From an uncultured Candidatus Saccharibacteria bacterium (GTDB lineage Bacteria; Patescibacteriota; Minisyncoccia; UBA6257; 2-01-FULL-56-20), in NCBI GenBank assembly GCA_964361595.1, contig CAYIAX010000003.1, positions 6,071 to 70,070 of the forward strand: a DNA stretch of 64,000 nt, read 5' to 3'. Numbering within the stretch: position 1 is the first letter of the stretch; the number at the start of each line of letters is the position of its first letter. Below the pieces are notes generated by a model. That model saw only the letters and a program-made list of their open reading frames with translations. It did no database searches and was not told where the DNA came from. Positions 1 through 9,646 of the stretch are shown in pieces. Both the position numbers and the translations under genes were made by a program.

Positions 1-600
1 GTGAGCAAGAGCACCTCGACCGAATTTACTGATTGGCAAAGCGTCGGTTCTGATCATTCTGCCGTACTTCCATTTTCGCATGGCGATTCTTATCGCTTCG
101 GCGTGCGCGCGGTGGCATACGATGGCACGCGATCGGAAATTGCATCATCCACCTGGGAATTTCCCGCTAGTTTTATTGAGCTGCCTTATCAGCTTCTGAA
201 TTCAGAAAAGATCGGGCGGGCAAATGGCCCCGGGCAAAAAATACATATGCAAAACACCGCCACCATAAACGGAGTTTTAATGTGGGTTGGCAACGACGGA
301 GGCAAGTATTGCTGTTCGTACAGCTATATGCAGATCTTTGGCGATGTCGAAGGCGCCCGGGGCGAGCTGATTGCCTCAAGCACCGTAACCGGCGTCGGCC
401 CCATTCCTTCGCAAGAACTTCTTTACGAATTGCCCCCAAGCTTGCTTGAGGCGGGAAAAGATTATTGGCTGGCGCCGACTTGGACCGATGCCACAAACGG
501 AACCGTGATTTGGGGCGGAAGCGGTGGTTCTTATCTCGACGGTTTTTGGTCCGCCGATCCCAGTATGGACGCCTACTTCGTGCTGCGGCAAGCGCCGTAA
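1..600 (+). CDS. hypothetical protein, C-terminal fragment (Gly/Trp-rich, likely secreted); 5' end truncated by the window edge
   Basis: Open frame runs from the window start to a stop at 600. No recognisable catalytic motif. Confidence 0.4.
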   Translation: MSKSTSTEFTDWQSVGSDHSAVLPFSHGDSYRFGVRAVAYDGTRSEIASSTWEFPASFIELPYQLLNSEKIGRANGPGQKIHMQNTATINGVLMWVGNDGGKYCCSYSYMQIFGDVEGARGELIASSTVTGVGPIPSQELLYELPPSLLEAGKDYWLAPTWTDATNGTVIWGGSGGSYLDGFWSADPSMDAYFVLRQAP

Positions 601-1082
601 AAAATAGTGTCCTTAATGAATGTTGGTAAAGTTAAGGTACATATGTCCTATAACTTTACCAGCTGATAATACATGAAAAACAATACGGAGCAGGATGGGG
701 GCAGTACAGGAATGAAAAAACCGATCGCCAGGGGCGACCGGTAAGGGGTGGTGCATTTTTACGGGAACGAAAAAAGCCCCCGAAGGAGCAAGATGTTATC
801 GCCTCACCGTTGCGGCGTAGACGATGGCAAAGAAGAGCAACGTAAAACCGTATTTGTCCCGGCCCAGGTTAGCGGCCTGCCGCAGGAGCAACCCGGGAGG
901 CGTGCCTGCGCGCAAAGCTTTGAGAATTTCATTCACCGTAAATTCCTTTCTTCGGGACCCTCAAAGAACGTAGGCTTATTATATCACATAATTCCGAAAA
1001 ATGGAAACGATGGAAAGAGAAACTAAGCCGGTGGATAACTTTTTTCGGGAAACCATTATGATAAAAGCAGAAGGGAGATCTC

Positions 1083-1310
1083 ATGGAAGCTCCCGTGATC
1101 ATTTCACTCGAGGAGCCAGCAGCTCTCGGGTGGCCGGAGCTGTTTGGTTGGCATTGCCCGAGGTGCAACGAAACACCTCGCCACCACCCGGCCAAGCTGA
1201 ATTTTTGGTATTGCCGGCATTGCCAGGTCGGCACTTATGATGGTGGAAGGTATTTCACCTGGCGAGAGCCGATCTTGCCGTCGCAGGCTGCTGCCGCCTC
1301 AACATCCTAG
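1083..1310 (+). CDS. small putative zinc-ribbon protein (CxxC...CxxC)
   Basis: 75 aa ORF with CPRC...CRHC cysteine pairs. Its stop codon is followed immediately by a GC hairpin plus T-run at 1310-1333. Confidence 0.4.
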   Translation: MEAPVIISLEEPAALGWPELFGWHCPRCNETPRHHPAKLNFWYCRHCQVGTYDGGRYFTWREPILPSQAAAASTS

Positions 1311-1333
1311 GAGACCTTCGGGCCTCCTTTTTC
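1310..1333 (+). terminator. rho-independent terminator (GGAGACC-TTCG-GGCCTCC + TTTTTCT)
   Basis: Hairpin with a T-tract read directly in the sequence, right after the stop of the 1083-1310 ORF. Confidence 0.5.
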
Positions 1334-1372
1334 TCGCCAAATCTCGGCAAGCAGAGTATAAGTAAAATAAGA

Positions 1373-1927
1373 ATGGAAATTCGCCTTATTCTCCACGATA
1401 TCAGAAGTTTGCATAACGTCGGCTCGATTTTCCGCACGGCGGATGCGGCCGGAGTCGAAAAAGTTTACCTCTGCGGCATCACGCCCGCGCCCCTGGATCG
1501 CTTCGGCGACGTCCGGCCGCGGTTCGGCAAAGTGGCCCTGGGGGCGGAAAAGTACGTTCAATGGGAAAAGGCCGCGCTGACGCGGCGTGTGATTGATAAG
1601 TTGAAAAGCGAAGGCTGCAGAATTTTTGCCGTCGAGCAGAGCAAAAGCTCAATCCCGTATGACAAAGTTCGGGGCGTCGGCCTAAATGCAGGAACTCGAA
1701 TTGCGTTGATTTTCGGCAACGAAACAAAAGGCCTGCCGCAGTCGGTTCTCGCACAGGCCGATAAAATTCTGGAAATTCCGATGCGGGGAGCGGTGGTTCG
1801 TGAAGCCCGCCATCCCCGGCGCCGCGGCCGGGGAAAAGAATCGTTGAACGTGAGCGTCGCGGTGGGGATTGTAACGTTTGGGTTGCTTCCGGCGAGCACA
1901 AAAAGTAAAAAGGGGAGCAGGGCGTGA
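1373..1927 (+). CDS. SpoU/TrmH family RNA 2'-O-methyltransferase
   Basis: Motifs HNVGSIFRTADAAG, IFGNETKGLP and LNVSVAVGI are typical of the SPOUT/TrmH family. A TATAAG box lies about 10 nt upstream of the ATG. Confidence 0.8.
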   Translation: MEIRLILHDIRSLHNVGSIFRTADAAGVEKVYLCGITPAPLDRFGDVRPRFGKVALGAEKYVQWEKAALTRRVIDKLKSEGCRIFAVEQSKSSIPYDKVRGVGLNAGTRIALIFGNETKGLPQSVLAQADKILEIPMRGAVVREARHPRRRGRGKESLNVSVAVGIVTFGLLPASTKSKKGSRA

Positions 1928-2095
1928 TCGGGCGCCCTTACTCCCTGTGTCCGCGGTTCAGACGGGAGGGCTGACGTGGGGAACAAGGTATCCCCCAAAT
2001 TCCCTCCTTGATACTCGCGGACAGCATTTTAAAGATAGGGTGTTCATAGAATTTGTCAATTCGGGCGGCTCGCGGGCTGTTCAAAATAAATGGCG

Positions 2096-2121
2096 CGAAA
2101 AAAGGAAGCCCGCAGGCTTCC
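2096..2121 (-). terminator. rho-independent terminator downstream of the sigma factor gene
   Basis: On the minus strand the hairpin GGAAGCC-TGCG-GGCTTCC is followed by TTTTTTCG, just past the stop of the 2138-2743 gene. Confidence 0.5.
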
Positions 2122-2137
2122 TGGATGTCTAGTTTAA

Positions 2138-2743
2138 CTAATAACTAATGGCAAGCCAAGCTCGTTGGGCCGAGCGCGGCAGTTTCTCGCGGAGACGGAA
2201 GAATTTTGTCCTGACGGCGTTCTCAAGGAGGCCGAGGGCTTCGGCGATCTCCCGCATCTCATATCCCTCCGCCCGCAACTCTACCATCAAGAGTTCTTGG
2301 GGGGACAACCGCTTGGCCACGTCTTGCCAAATCTCCCGGGCCGCAAACTCTTGCTCCGGCGACGGAGCGGTCAAAACCTCTGACAATCTTGACCGACCGT
2401 TGCCATCCCCTTGTTCAAGGACCTGCGAGAGGTCATCGTGCAGGAGCGAGCGCCGCGCCTTACGCCTCCGCAAGATGTCAAGCGCAGCGTTCTGGGCAAT
2501 GTGGTAAACCCAGGTTGTTGGCCTGGACTCCTGCCGGAAATTCGGCAGGTTCTTGAATACGAGCTCAAGCGCGTTTTGGGTAGCGTCTTCCGCGTCGGAC
2601 GGATTGCGCAGGATGCGCGAGCAAGCCGCGGTAATGAGCGGCAGGAACTCGCGCACAAAGGCCTCCCAGAATTCCGGCGAACACCGGAGCTCTTCCAAGG
2701 GCTCCGAGCGCATAGCCGTCCCACTCTTCGAATTTTTTCTCAT
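2138..2743 (-). CDS. ECF-type RNA polymerase sigma-70 family factor
   Basis: Region 2 (TWVYHIAQNAALDILRR) and region 4 HTH (ELRAEGYEMREIAEALGLLENAVRTKFFRLR) are recognisable. Confidence 0.8.
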   Translation of the reverse strand: MRKNSKSGTAMRSEPLEELRCSPEFWEAFVREFLPLITAACSRILRNPSDAEDATQNALELVFKNLPNFRQESRPTTWVYHIAQNAALDILRRRKARRSLLHDDLSQVLEQGDGNGRSRLSEVLTAPSPEQEFAAREIWQDVAKRLSPQELLMVELRAEGYEMREIAEALGLLENAVRTKFFRLREKLPRSAQRAWLAISY

Positions 2744-2848
2744 CGTTGCCTCCCTCGGCGACCTTGCTATTTTTAAGATAATAATTTTTTGAAATTTGTG
2801 TCAATGTTGATATGTTAAAGGCTCGTCCAAAGCTGTATAATTCAACCT

Positions 2849-3316
2849 ATGGGCAAATATTCCGTGCTTATCATTCTTTTCGTCATCGCCGCCGCGGCCG
2901 CCGCTTATTTTTTTTGGGGCATGTCGCGGCCGCAGACTTACCGCAAGGCAACGGTAAATCTTAAAGACGCAATTTTTAAAGTTGATGTGGCAGAAACGAT
3001 GGCGGCGCGAACGCAGGGGCTTTCCGGACGGCCGGGTTTGAGCGAAGGCGAAGGCATGCTGTTTATTTTTCCCGATTACGGCATGCAGGGATTCTGGATG
3101 AAGGACATGCTTTTCCCGATCGATATCATTTGGATTAAAGATGACGCTGTCACGGGGGTGGCGCACAGCGTTTCACCCCAGGCCGAAAAAAGCATTTTTA
3201 ATCTGGATGTTTTTTATCCGCCCGAGCCCATAAACCGCGTGCTCGAAGTCAGGGCCGGCACCGCCGAGCGCTTGGGCCTCAAGGCCGGTGATCGGGTCAT
3301 AGTGGAGATGGAGTAA
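2849..3316 (+). CDS. DUF192 (COG1430) family protein with N-terminal TM/signal anchor
   Basis: N-terminal hydrophobic segment, then GMLFIFP...FWMKDM...IDIIWI, typical of the DUF192 family. A TGTATAAT box sits 7 nt upstream of the ATG. Confidence 0.7.
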   Translation: MGKYSVLIILFVIAAAAAAYFFWGMSRPQTYRKATVNLKDAIFKVDVAETMAARTQGLSGRPGLSEGEGMLFIFPDYGMQGFWMKDMLFPIDIIWIKDDAVTGVAHSVSPQAEKSIFNLDVFYPPEPINRVLEVRAGTAERLGLKAGDRVIVEME

Positions 3317-3334
3317 TTCGCCTATAATGTAAAT

Positions 3335-4390
3335 ATGAAACCAGTCAAAGTTGCCATCAACGGTTTTGGCCGTATCGGACGTTTGCTTTTACGCCAGCTT
3401 GTCGCCTTGCCGAGTTTCCGCAAAAGCGAACCGGGCGCAATCGAGATCGTGGCTGTAAATGATTTGGGCAATCTGGAAAATCTTGCTTACTTATTGAAAT
3501 ACGACAGTGTCTATGGATGTTTCCCCGGCAGCGTGAAGTTCGACACCGCAAACTCAATACTCGATGTGGACGGCAAGCAGATAAAATTTTTGCAGATTAA
3601 AGATCCCGCAAGTTTGCCCTGGAAAGATCTGGATATTGATATTGCCGTCGAGGCCACCGGCCTTTTTGAATCGTACGAAAAAGCGAAAGTGCACCTTGTC
3701 TCCGGCGCCAAGCGCGTGGTGATCACTGCGCCTGCTAAGGATGACGATTTCGCAAATGGCAAAACCGTCTTGATGGGCGTAAACGAGGACGATTTGAAAA
3801 CCACGGTGCTTTCCTCGAACGGCTCCTGCACGACGAATGCGGCCTCGCCGGTGATCCAAGTGCTTTCCGAAAATCCGGGTATAGTTAAAGCAGTTTTAAA
3901 CACAGTGCATGGTTATACAGCCACGCAAAATTTGGTGGACGGGCCCGTGAAGGGCGGCCAGGATTTCCGGCGCGGGCGGGCGGCCGCTCACAGCATTGTG
4001 CCTTCGACAACCGGCGCCGCGATCGCGGTTACGCGCGCGATCAAGGATCTAGAAAATAAATTCGACGGAGTTTCCCTGCGCGTGCCGGTGATCGCTGGTT
4101 CCATCGCCGACATCACTTTTTTAGCCAAGCGCCCGGTAACGGCGGAAGAAATAAACGATATTTTGCGCAAAGCCGCTCAAACAGAACGCTGGCAGGGGAT
4201 TTTAGCCGTAACCGAAGACCAAGTCGTCTCGGCCGACATGATCGGCGTGCCTTATGGCGCCGTCGTGGATTTGAATTTCACGAAAGTCGTGGACGGGGAT
4301 CTCGTGAAAGTGCTTTCCTGGTATGACAACGAATACGGATATGCAGCAACTCTTGTGCGCCATCTTGAGGCGGTGGCGCGGAATTTGTGA
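3335..4390 (+). CDS. gap: glyceraldehyde-3-phosphate dehydrogenase, type I
   Basis: NGFGRIGR Rossmann motif and SNGSCTTNAASP active-site region; the C-terminal WYDNEYGY is diagnostic. Confidence 0.9.
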   Translation: MKPVKVAINGFGRIGRLLLRQLVALPSFRKSEPGAIEIVAVNDLGNLENLAYLLKYDSVYGCFPGSVKFDTANSILDVDGKQIKFLQIKDPASLPWKDLDIDIAVEATGLFESYEKAKVHLVSGAKRVVITAPAKDDDFANGKTVLMGVNEDDLKTTVLSSNGSCTTNAASPVIQVLSENPGIVKAVLNTVHGYTATQNLVDGPVKGGQDFRRGRAAAHSIVPSTTGAAIAVTRAIKDLENKFDGVSLRVPVIAGSIADITFLAKRPVTAEEINDILRKAAQTERWQGILAVTEDQVVSADMIGVPYGAVVDLNFTKVVDGDLVKVLSWYDNEYGYAATLVRHLEAVARNL

Positions 4391-5409
4391 GAAGCGTTTA
4401 TTATTCTTTAGTCGCGTTCGCTCTGATTGGCTGCTTTGTTTTTTGGGTATTTTTCACTTACAAGGAGATTTATCTTGCTTATGAGCGGGCAATTCAAAGT
4501 TCTATTCAAGCCAGTATCGTTAAGACACGACTCGCCGATACGTTAGTTAATCAAAAGCGGGAACTTAAACTGGCTTTCGTTGGCGACATTATGCTTTCGC
4601 GCGAAGTGGGAGATATCATGCTCCGCGAGAACGATTTTGCATATCCCTTCCGCGAGACCGCAGAGGCGCTCGCGGGCTACGATCTCACATTCGGCAATCT
4701 CGAAGGCCCAATTTCCGCGCACGGCAGAAACCAGGGGAGCATCTATTCTTTCCGCGCCGACCCGCGAGTGGTGGAGGGACTCGCGGCCGCTGGCTTCAAT
4801 GTTTTATCGCTCGCCAATAACCATATTTGGGATTGGGGCCGTGACGCGCTTGCGGATACGGTCACGCTTTTAGGGGAAAAGAACATCGCGACCGTAGGCG
4901 CGGGCAGAAACGAAGCAGAAGCGAATGCGCCGGCAATCCTCCGCGTCGGCGATGTGCGTGTCGGTTTTTTGGCATACACCGATCTTTATCCCTCGGGTCT
5001 TATCGCGCACGGCGAATTGCCAGGCATAAGCGATTTTTCGCTCGCTAAAGCTACGCAAGCCGTGGCGGATTTAAAGCGCAATGCGGATATTGTTGTCGTC
5101 TCTTTTCATTGGGGCGATGAGTATAAAACTAAAGCGAGTGCGAACCAGCGGAAAATCGCGCATGCCTTAATTGACGCCGGCGCGGATATAATCGCCGGCC
5201 ATCATCCGCATGTGGTGGAAGAAACGGAGCAACATAAGAATGGCTGGATTGCCTACAGCTTGGGAAATTTCATTTTTGACATGACGCGGGCCGGCACGAC
5301 GGAAGGGCTTTTACTTGAAGTTACAGTTAATAATAAATCCGTGAAAAGCGTGACCGTAAGAAAAGTCCGCATAACCATGCCGGATTACATACCCGTGATA
5401 GCGGATTAA
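4387..5409 (+). CDS. CapA/PGA_cap family metallophosphatase-like protein
   Basis: N-terminal TM, then the conserved CapA pattern: LAFVGDIML, SLANNHIWDWG, VVVSFHWGDEY and HHPHVV. Overlaps gap by 4 nt. Confidence 0.7.
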   Translation: MRSVYYSLVAFALIGCFVFWVFFTYKEIYLAYERAIQSSIQASIVKTRLADTLVNQKRELKLAFVGDIMLSREVGDIMLRENDFAYPFRETAEALAGYDLTFGNLEGPISAHGRNQGSIYSFRADPRVVEGLAAAGFNVLSLANNHIWDWGRDALADTVTLLGEKNIATVGAGRNEAEANAPAILRVGDVRVGFLAYTDLYPSGLIAHGELPGISDFSLAKATQAVADLKRNADIVVVSFHWGDEYKTKASANQRKIAHALIDAGADIIAGHHPHVVEETEQHKNGWIAYSLGNFIFDMTRAGTTEGLLLEVTVNNKSVKSVTVRKVRITMPDYIPVIAD

Positions 5410-5494
5410 CTATATAAATTCGCCAAACATTTTTAGCAACGGGGCGTTTTTGGTTATAAACAGGGCCTTACCCGCGAAGTTGTATAATGAAAGC

Positions 5495-7669
5495 ATGAAG
5501 AAATTTGTCTTCGGCTCCGCGTCGCTTTTGGCGATTTTCGCCATGTCGGCGGTTACGGTCAATGCAACGGAACTGCCTGCATCTTGTTCGGGCACATCCA
5601 CCAGTGATTTAATTTCGTGTCTGGGCGTTTTGAATAGTATCCTTGTAAGTTTACGGGCGCAGTTGGGTTTGGGCGATTATCTAACGGGAGACACGGGAGG
5701 TTTTGTAGATACGAGCACTCCTTTGGCGATTCCCGCAAACTCACTGCCGGGCGCGACTCGGGGCACAAGTTATAGCGCAACCCTGGGAGCCACCGGAGGC
5801 ACTTCGCCTTACACGTGGACCGTTGCCGCGCTGCCAACAGGATTAACCTTTAACGGTGTAAATGGCATCACGGGAACTCCCTCCGCAACCGGCACATTTG
5901 CCGTAGCGGCACGCGTGACGGATGCAAGCGGCGCGAGCGTAAATAAAAATTTGACGTTAATGGTAGCTACACCTGGCCCGGCTGCCGGAGCAACATTTAC
6001 GGTTCAAGCTATTTATGAAGCAGACATAAGCGGGGGCGTCTTGCCGGGGCAGTCGAAAATATTCCGTTACCGCGCTACGCCCACAGGCGGCTTTACGGGG
6101 CCGGTAACTTTTGCGCCATCGGCAGTCAGCAATATTCCTTCGGGAATGAATTACGTTTTTAATCCTGCGAGTTTAACCTTCAGCGGTGAACCGGTTGAAT
6201 TTACACTCACTTTAAGTGTTCCCATAGGGCAAATACCAATTGAGGGCACATTTATTAACTTTCAGTTTGATGCCAAGGGGCCGGGAAATAATCCTGTGCG
6301 GATCTTCGGGGGACTCTTGGGCATAGCGAGTCCGGAGCTGCCGGTCGTGAGCCGCGTGGACATCCTTCCTGCCCTTGGCGCGAATGCAGGCGCGCTTAAG
6401 GGCGGCGATAAGTTTGGCATAAAGTTATATGACCAGAATGGCCAAGTCATAAAAAATGGTTTCCAAGCGGGCGTAAAGAGTGTAGGATTCCAGCCAACAA
6501 TTATTCTAAAAAGCTCGCGCAGCGAAAAAATTTGCGCGAAGTCCACTTTGGGCGGCGTCTTTGCGCGCTCGACTGACGGTTACACGCCGGTCAAATACAA
6601 TTTTTCCTACAGAACCGTAAACGGGGTTTTACAAAATGTATCGACTGAAGATTTGGGCTATTTCGTAGTTACTTACTATCCCTTGAACGCGCTTGCTCCT
6701 GGCGTAACTTCTAATGAAGACCCTTTCGTGCCAGTGGGCAACTGTGGCGGTACTGAATTTTCAGTTGACCAGGCGATGCTGGGCGGCACTGTGTCTTGGC
6801 AAACAGAAGTTGCAGGTATTTCGAAAACAATGGTGGCAACTGCGAAAACATTAAACCAGCGCTTGTTCACAGTGGCTCCCGGAACCGAACTTTCCACTAA
6901 CAATACGAACCCGTTTGGCTTAAGAATCGTGGGACCGGCTTATGTCGTGCCGGGAGAACCCCAACAGATCAGGATTTTTAACGCGAATATTTCCACCAGC
7001 ACGCCGGTAAAAATCTCTTACCCAAATTTACCTGCGGGCCTGACAGCCTCGCTGGGTTTCAACGTGTTAGACACTTTAACTGCGGCTAAGCCTACGAGTT
7101 ACTACAACCTCAATTCTTCTCCAACTACCGCCGCTGGCGATAAGACAGTAACGATTAGGGCCGAAGGCGGCGGTGTAACCAAAGACTATGCGTTGAACGT
7201 AAAGGCGCCGGTTTGCCGAGGCGAACCGACCACGGTGAGCAGCGGCGGCACTGTGAATATAAAAACTTGTTTTGCTGATGCAAATTCGCGGGTTCCCCTG
7301 GGTTATGAAATAGATTACAGCGGCATCTTGCGCAGTTCTAATCTGGCCGTTTATGCGATTGAAGGGGATACGCCGTCAGAATGGAGGGATATTTTCCGGG
7401 GTGCCGCCCGTTTCAAATACCTTTTAAGCTCGCCGATCGTTACCAAGCCCACTGGTATAATTGCCCAAGGCAGTTTCTATTATTGGATCGCCACTCCGCC
7501 GGATGGTCAGCCGTTCGCTTCAAATTATTACCTGGTTGCGACAATCTTTGACGACGAAACAGGAGCTTTACTGGGGGAAGACACTGGTGAAGTTGTGGCC
7601 TGGCCGCACGCAGCCCCGCCGGCAAACTGGCAGGAGATCGGGGATTGGAAGGTTTTCAGGAATTACTAA
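5495..7669 (+). CDS. secreted large surface protein with putative Ig-like (He_PIG/cadherin-like) domain
   Basis: Signal peptide MKKFVFGSASLLAIFAMSAVTVNA. The segment GATRGTSYSATLGATGGTSPYTWTVAALPTGLTFNG...GTPSATGTFAVAARVTDASG matches the putative-Ig domain pattern. Start moved to the internal ATG at 5495, which sits 6 nt after a TATAAT box. Confidence 0.6.
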   Translation: MKKFVFGSASLLAIFAMSAVTVNATELPASCSGTSTSDLISCLGVLNSILVSLRAQLGLGDYLTGDTGGFVDTSTPLAIPANSLPGATRGTSYSATLGATGGTSPYTWTVAALPTGLTFNGVNGITGTPSATGTFAVAARVTDASGASVNKNLTLMVATPGPAAGATFTVQAIYEADISGGVLPGQSKIFRYRATPTGGFTGPVTFAPSAVSNIPSGMNYVFNPASLTFSGEPVEFTLTLSVPIGQIPIEGTFINFQFDAKGPGNNPVRIFGGLLGIASPELPVVSRVDILPALGANAGALKGGDKFGIKLYDQNGQVIKNGFQAGVKSVGFQPTIILKSSRSEKICAKSTLGGVFARSTDGYTPVKYNFSYRTVNGVLQNVSTEDLGYFVVTYYPLNALAPGVTSNEDPFVPVGNCGGTEFSVDQAMLGGTVSWQTEVAGISKTMVATAKTLNQRLFTVAPGTELSTNNTNPFGLRIVGPAYVVPGEPQQIRIFNANISTSTPVKISYPNLPAGLTASLGFNVLDTLTAAKPTSYYNLNSSPTTAAGDKTVTIRAEGGGVTKDYALNVKAPVCRGEPTTVSSGGTVNIKTCFADANSRVPLGYEIDYSGILRSSNLAVYAIEGDTPSEWRDIFRGAARFKYLLSSPIVTKPTGIIAQGSFYYWIATPPDGQPFASNYYLVATIFDDETGALLGEDTGEVVAWPHAAPPANWQEIGDWKVFRNY

Positions 7670-7683
7670 CCTATCACAAATGC

Positions 7684-8136
7684 ATGATTATTTATTTAGG
7701 AGCCGATCATCGCGGCTTCGCTCTAAAGGAGGAGATCGAAAAATTCCTGCGCGGTGAAGGTTATGAAGTGGGGGATTTAGGCGACGAGGTTTATAACGCG
7801 GAGGACGACTTTCCCTATTTTTCCGCGCCCGTGGCAAAAAAAGTGAGCGAAGATCCGATAAATTCACGCGGGATTGTCGTCTGCGGTTCGGGCGTGGGCG
7901 TCATGATCGTGGCCAACAAATTCAAAGGCGTACGCGCGGCGACCGGAATGTCGCCCGATCATGTCCACGCCGCGCGGCACGATGAAGATATAAATGTGCT
8001 TGCCTTGGCCGCGGACTTTACCGACCAAGAAACGGCCAAAAAAATGGTGACGGTATTTTTAACGACGCCTTTCGGAGGCGACGAGCGCTACCGCCGACGC
8101 CTCGATGAAATAAATTCGCTCGAGCACAATGCTTGA
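7684..8136 (+). CDS. rpiB: ribose-5-phosphate isomerase B (RpiB/LacAB family)
   Basis: MIIYLGADHRGF...GIVVCGSGVGVMIVANKF...GM is the RpiB signature. Start placed at the internal ATG after the upstream gene's stop at 7669. Confidence 0.8.
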   Translation: MIIYLGADHRGFALKEEIEKFLRGEGYEVGDLGDEVYNAEDDFPYFSAPVAKKVSEDPINSRGIVVCGSGVGVMIVANKFKGVRAATGMSPDHVHAARHDEDINVLALAADFTDQETAKKMVTVFLTTPFGGDERYRRRLDEINSLEHNA

Positions 8137-8776
8137 GGTTTTGCCGGTTGTAAATTGTCCCTACGGAGACGACGACTGTGCTCTGGCCAAACTTGCCAAG
8201 ATCGAAAAATTTTCTAAATGGATTCACCTGGACGTGGCCGACGGAATTTTTACTTTCAACAAAAGCTGGGGCAGTCCGGCGGCCTGGCAAAAACTGCATT
8301 CGCCGTTGAAGCTCGAAGTTCATCTGATGTTTGCGGAGCCCGAGACGCAAGTCGAAGCTTGGCTTAAGGCGGGCGCCAAGCGGATCGTGGTTCATGCGGA
8401 GGCGCTCGAGAAAAGCGGCAGCGCTGATTTCATTCTCAAAAAATGCGCTTTGCATAAGGCAACTCCGATTTTGGCCTTGAATCCGGAAACCACCTTGGAG
8501 ATGGCAGAGCCGTTACTCGCGCTTTTCCAAGATTTCCAGGTATTTGCGCAAGCGCACCCCGGACCCGCCGGCCAGCCCTTCCTCATAAATGTTCTACCTA
8601 AAATGAAAATGCTGCGCGCGCGTTTCCCTGATGCTATAATTGAAGTCGACGGCGGCATTGTGCCCGAGACGGCGGCAAAGGTGCACGCCTCGGGCGCCGA
8701 TACCGTCGTTTCCGGTTCCTATATTTTTAAAAGTGATGATCCGAAGCAGGCGTATGAAGCGCTAAAACGAAGCTAA
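8129..8776 (+). CDS. rpe: ribulose-phosphate 3-epimerase
   Basis: HLDVADG, the C-terminal VDGGI and the C-terminal GADTVVSGS are typical of Rpe. Confidence 0.75.
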   Translation: MLEVLPVVNCPYGDDDCALAKLAKIEKFSKWIHLDVADGIFTFNKSWGSPAAWQKLHSPLKLEVHLMFAEPETQVEAWLKAGAKRIVVHAEALEKSGSADFILKKCALHKATPILALNPETTLEMAEPLLALFQDFQVFAQAHPGPAGQPFLINVLPKMKMLRARFPDAIIEVDGGIVPETAAKVHASGADTVVSGSYIFKSDDPKQAYEALKRS

Positions 8777-8785
8777 ACTAAAACT

Positions 8786-9646
8786 ATGGAAGGACTGCAT
8801 GAAAAAAAGATCCAATTTTTAGAAACAATGGCGAATACGCTCCGCGAAGACGTGATCCGCATGGTTAAAGGCGCGGGCTCTGGTCACATTGCGGGGCCCT
8901 TGGCGATGGCCGATATTTTCGCCGTCATGTATTTCCATGTTTTGCGCCATAATCCCAAGCGTCCCGGCTGGGGCGAGCGCGATCGCCTGGTCCTGTCGAA
9001 TGGCCATATCTGCCCCGTGCTTTATGCCGCGCTTGCGCGTTCAGGTTATTTTCCCGTGGAAGAGTTGAAAACTCTGCGTCAGCTGGGCACGCGGCTGCAG
9101 GGCCATCCGCACAGGAAGGTTTTGCCGGGCGTCGAAACCACTTCCGGTCCTTTGGGTTCGGGCTTGTCGCAGGCTATCGGCATGAGCTTAGCCGCCGGGC
9201 TTGACCATAAGAAGTACCGCATTTATTGCCTGATGTCAGACGGCGAACACCAGGAAGGAAATCTATGGGAAGCGGTTATGTTTGCGGGAAAGAATCAACT
9301 AAGCAACATCACGGCCGTCATCGACCGCAACAACATCCAAATCGACGGGTTCACGGAAAATGTAATGCCGTTGGAGCCGCTGCGGGCAAAATATGAAGCT
9401 TTCAATTGGCATGTGCTCGAAGTGAATGGGCATGATGTGCGCGATTTTGTCTCTGCCATTGCCGAAGCGCGAGCCATTTATGAAAAGCCAACCGTTATTA
9501 TCGCTCACACGATCGCAGGCCGAGGAGTAAGTTTTATGGAAAAAGATTTTCTCTGGCATAGCAAGCCTTTCAAGTCCGGTGAAGCGGAAGCCGCCTTGAA
9601 TGAGTTAAGGACTTTAGGAGGGAAGATCAAGAGCGAGCATCAATAG
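8786..9646 (+). CDS. tkt: transketolase, N-terminal (TPP-binding) subunit
   Basis: GSGHIAGPLAMADI, SNGHICPVLYAAL and the TPP-binding region GPLGSGLSQAIG. Length (286 aa) fits the split N-terminal subunit. Confidence 0.85.
   Translation: MEGLHEKKIQFLETMANTLREDVIRMVKGAGSGHIAGPLAMADIFAVMYFHVLRHNPKRPGWGERDRLVLSNGHICPVLYAALARSGYFPVEELKTLRQLGTRLQGHPHRKVLPGVETTSGPLGSGLSQAIGMSLAAGLDHKKYRIYCLMSDGEHQEGNLWEAVMFAGKNQLSNITAVIDRNNIQIDGFTENVMPLEPLRAKYEAFNWHVLEVNGHDVRDFVSAIAEARAIYEKPTVIIAHTIAGRGVSFMEKDFLWHSKPFKSGEAEAALNELRTLGGKIKSEHQ

Noticed and set aside
748-1240. Small ORFs (92, 79 and 101 aa) in the 600-1080 interval
   Set aside because: No motifs and no supporting signals. Only the 1083-1310 Cys-rich ORF is followed by a terminator, and it alone was kept at low confidence.
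1479-1998. Minus-strand ORFs of 140 aa and 146 aa
   Set aside because: Antisense to the TrmH-family methyltransferase gene.
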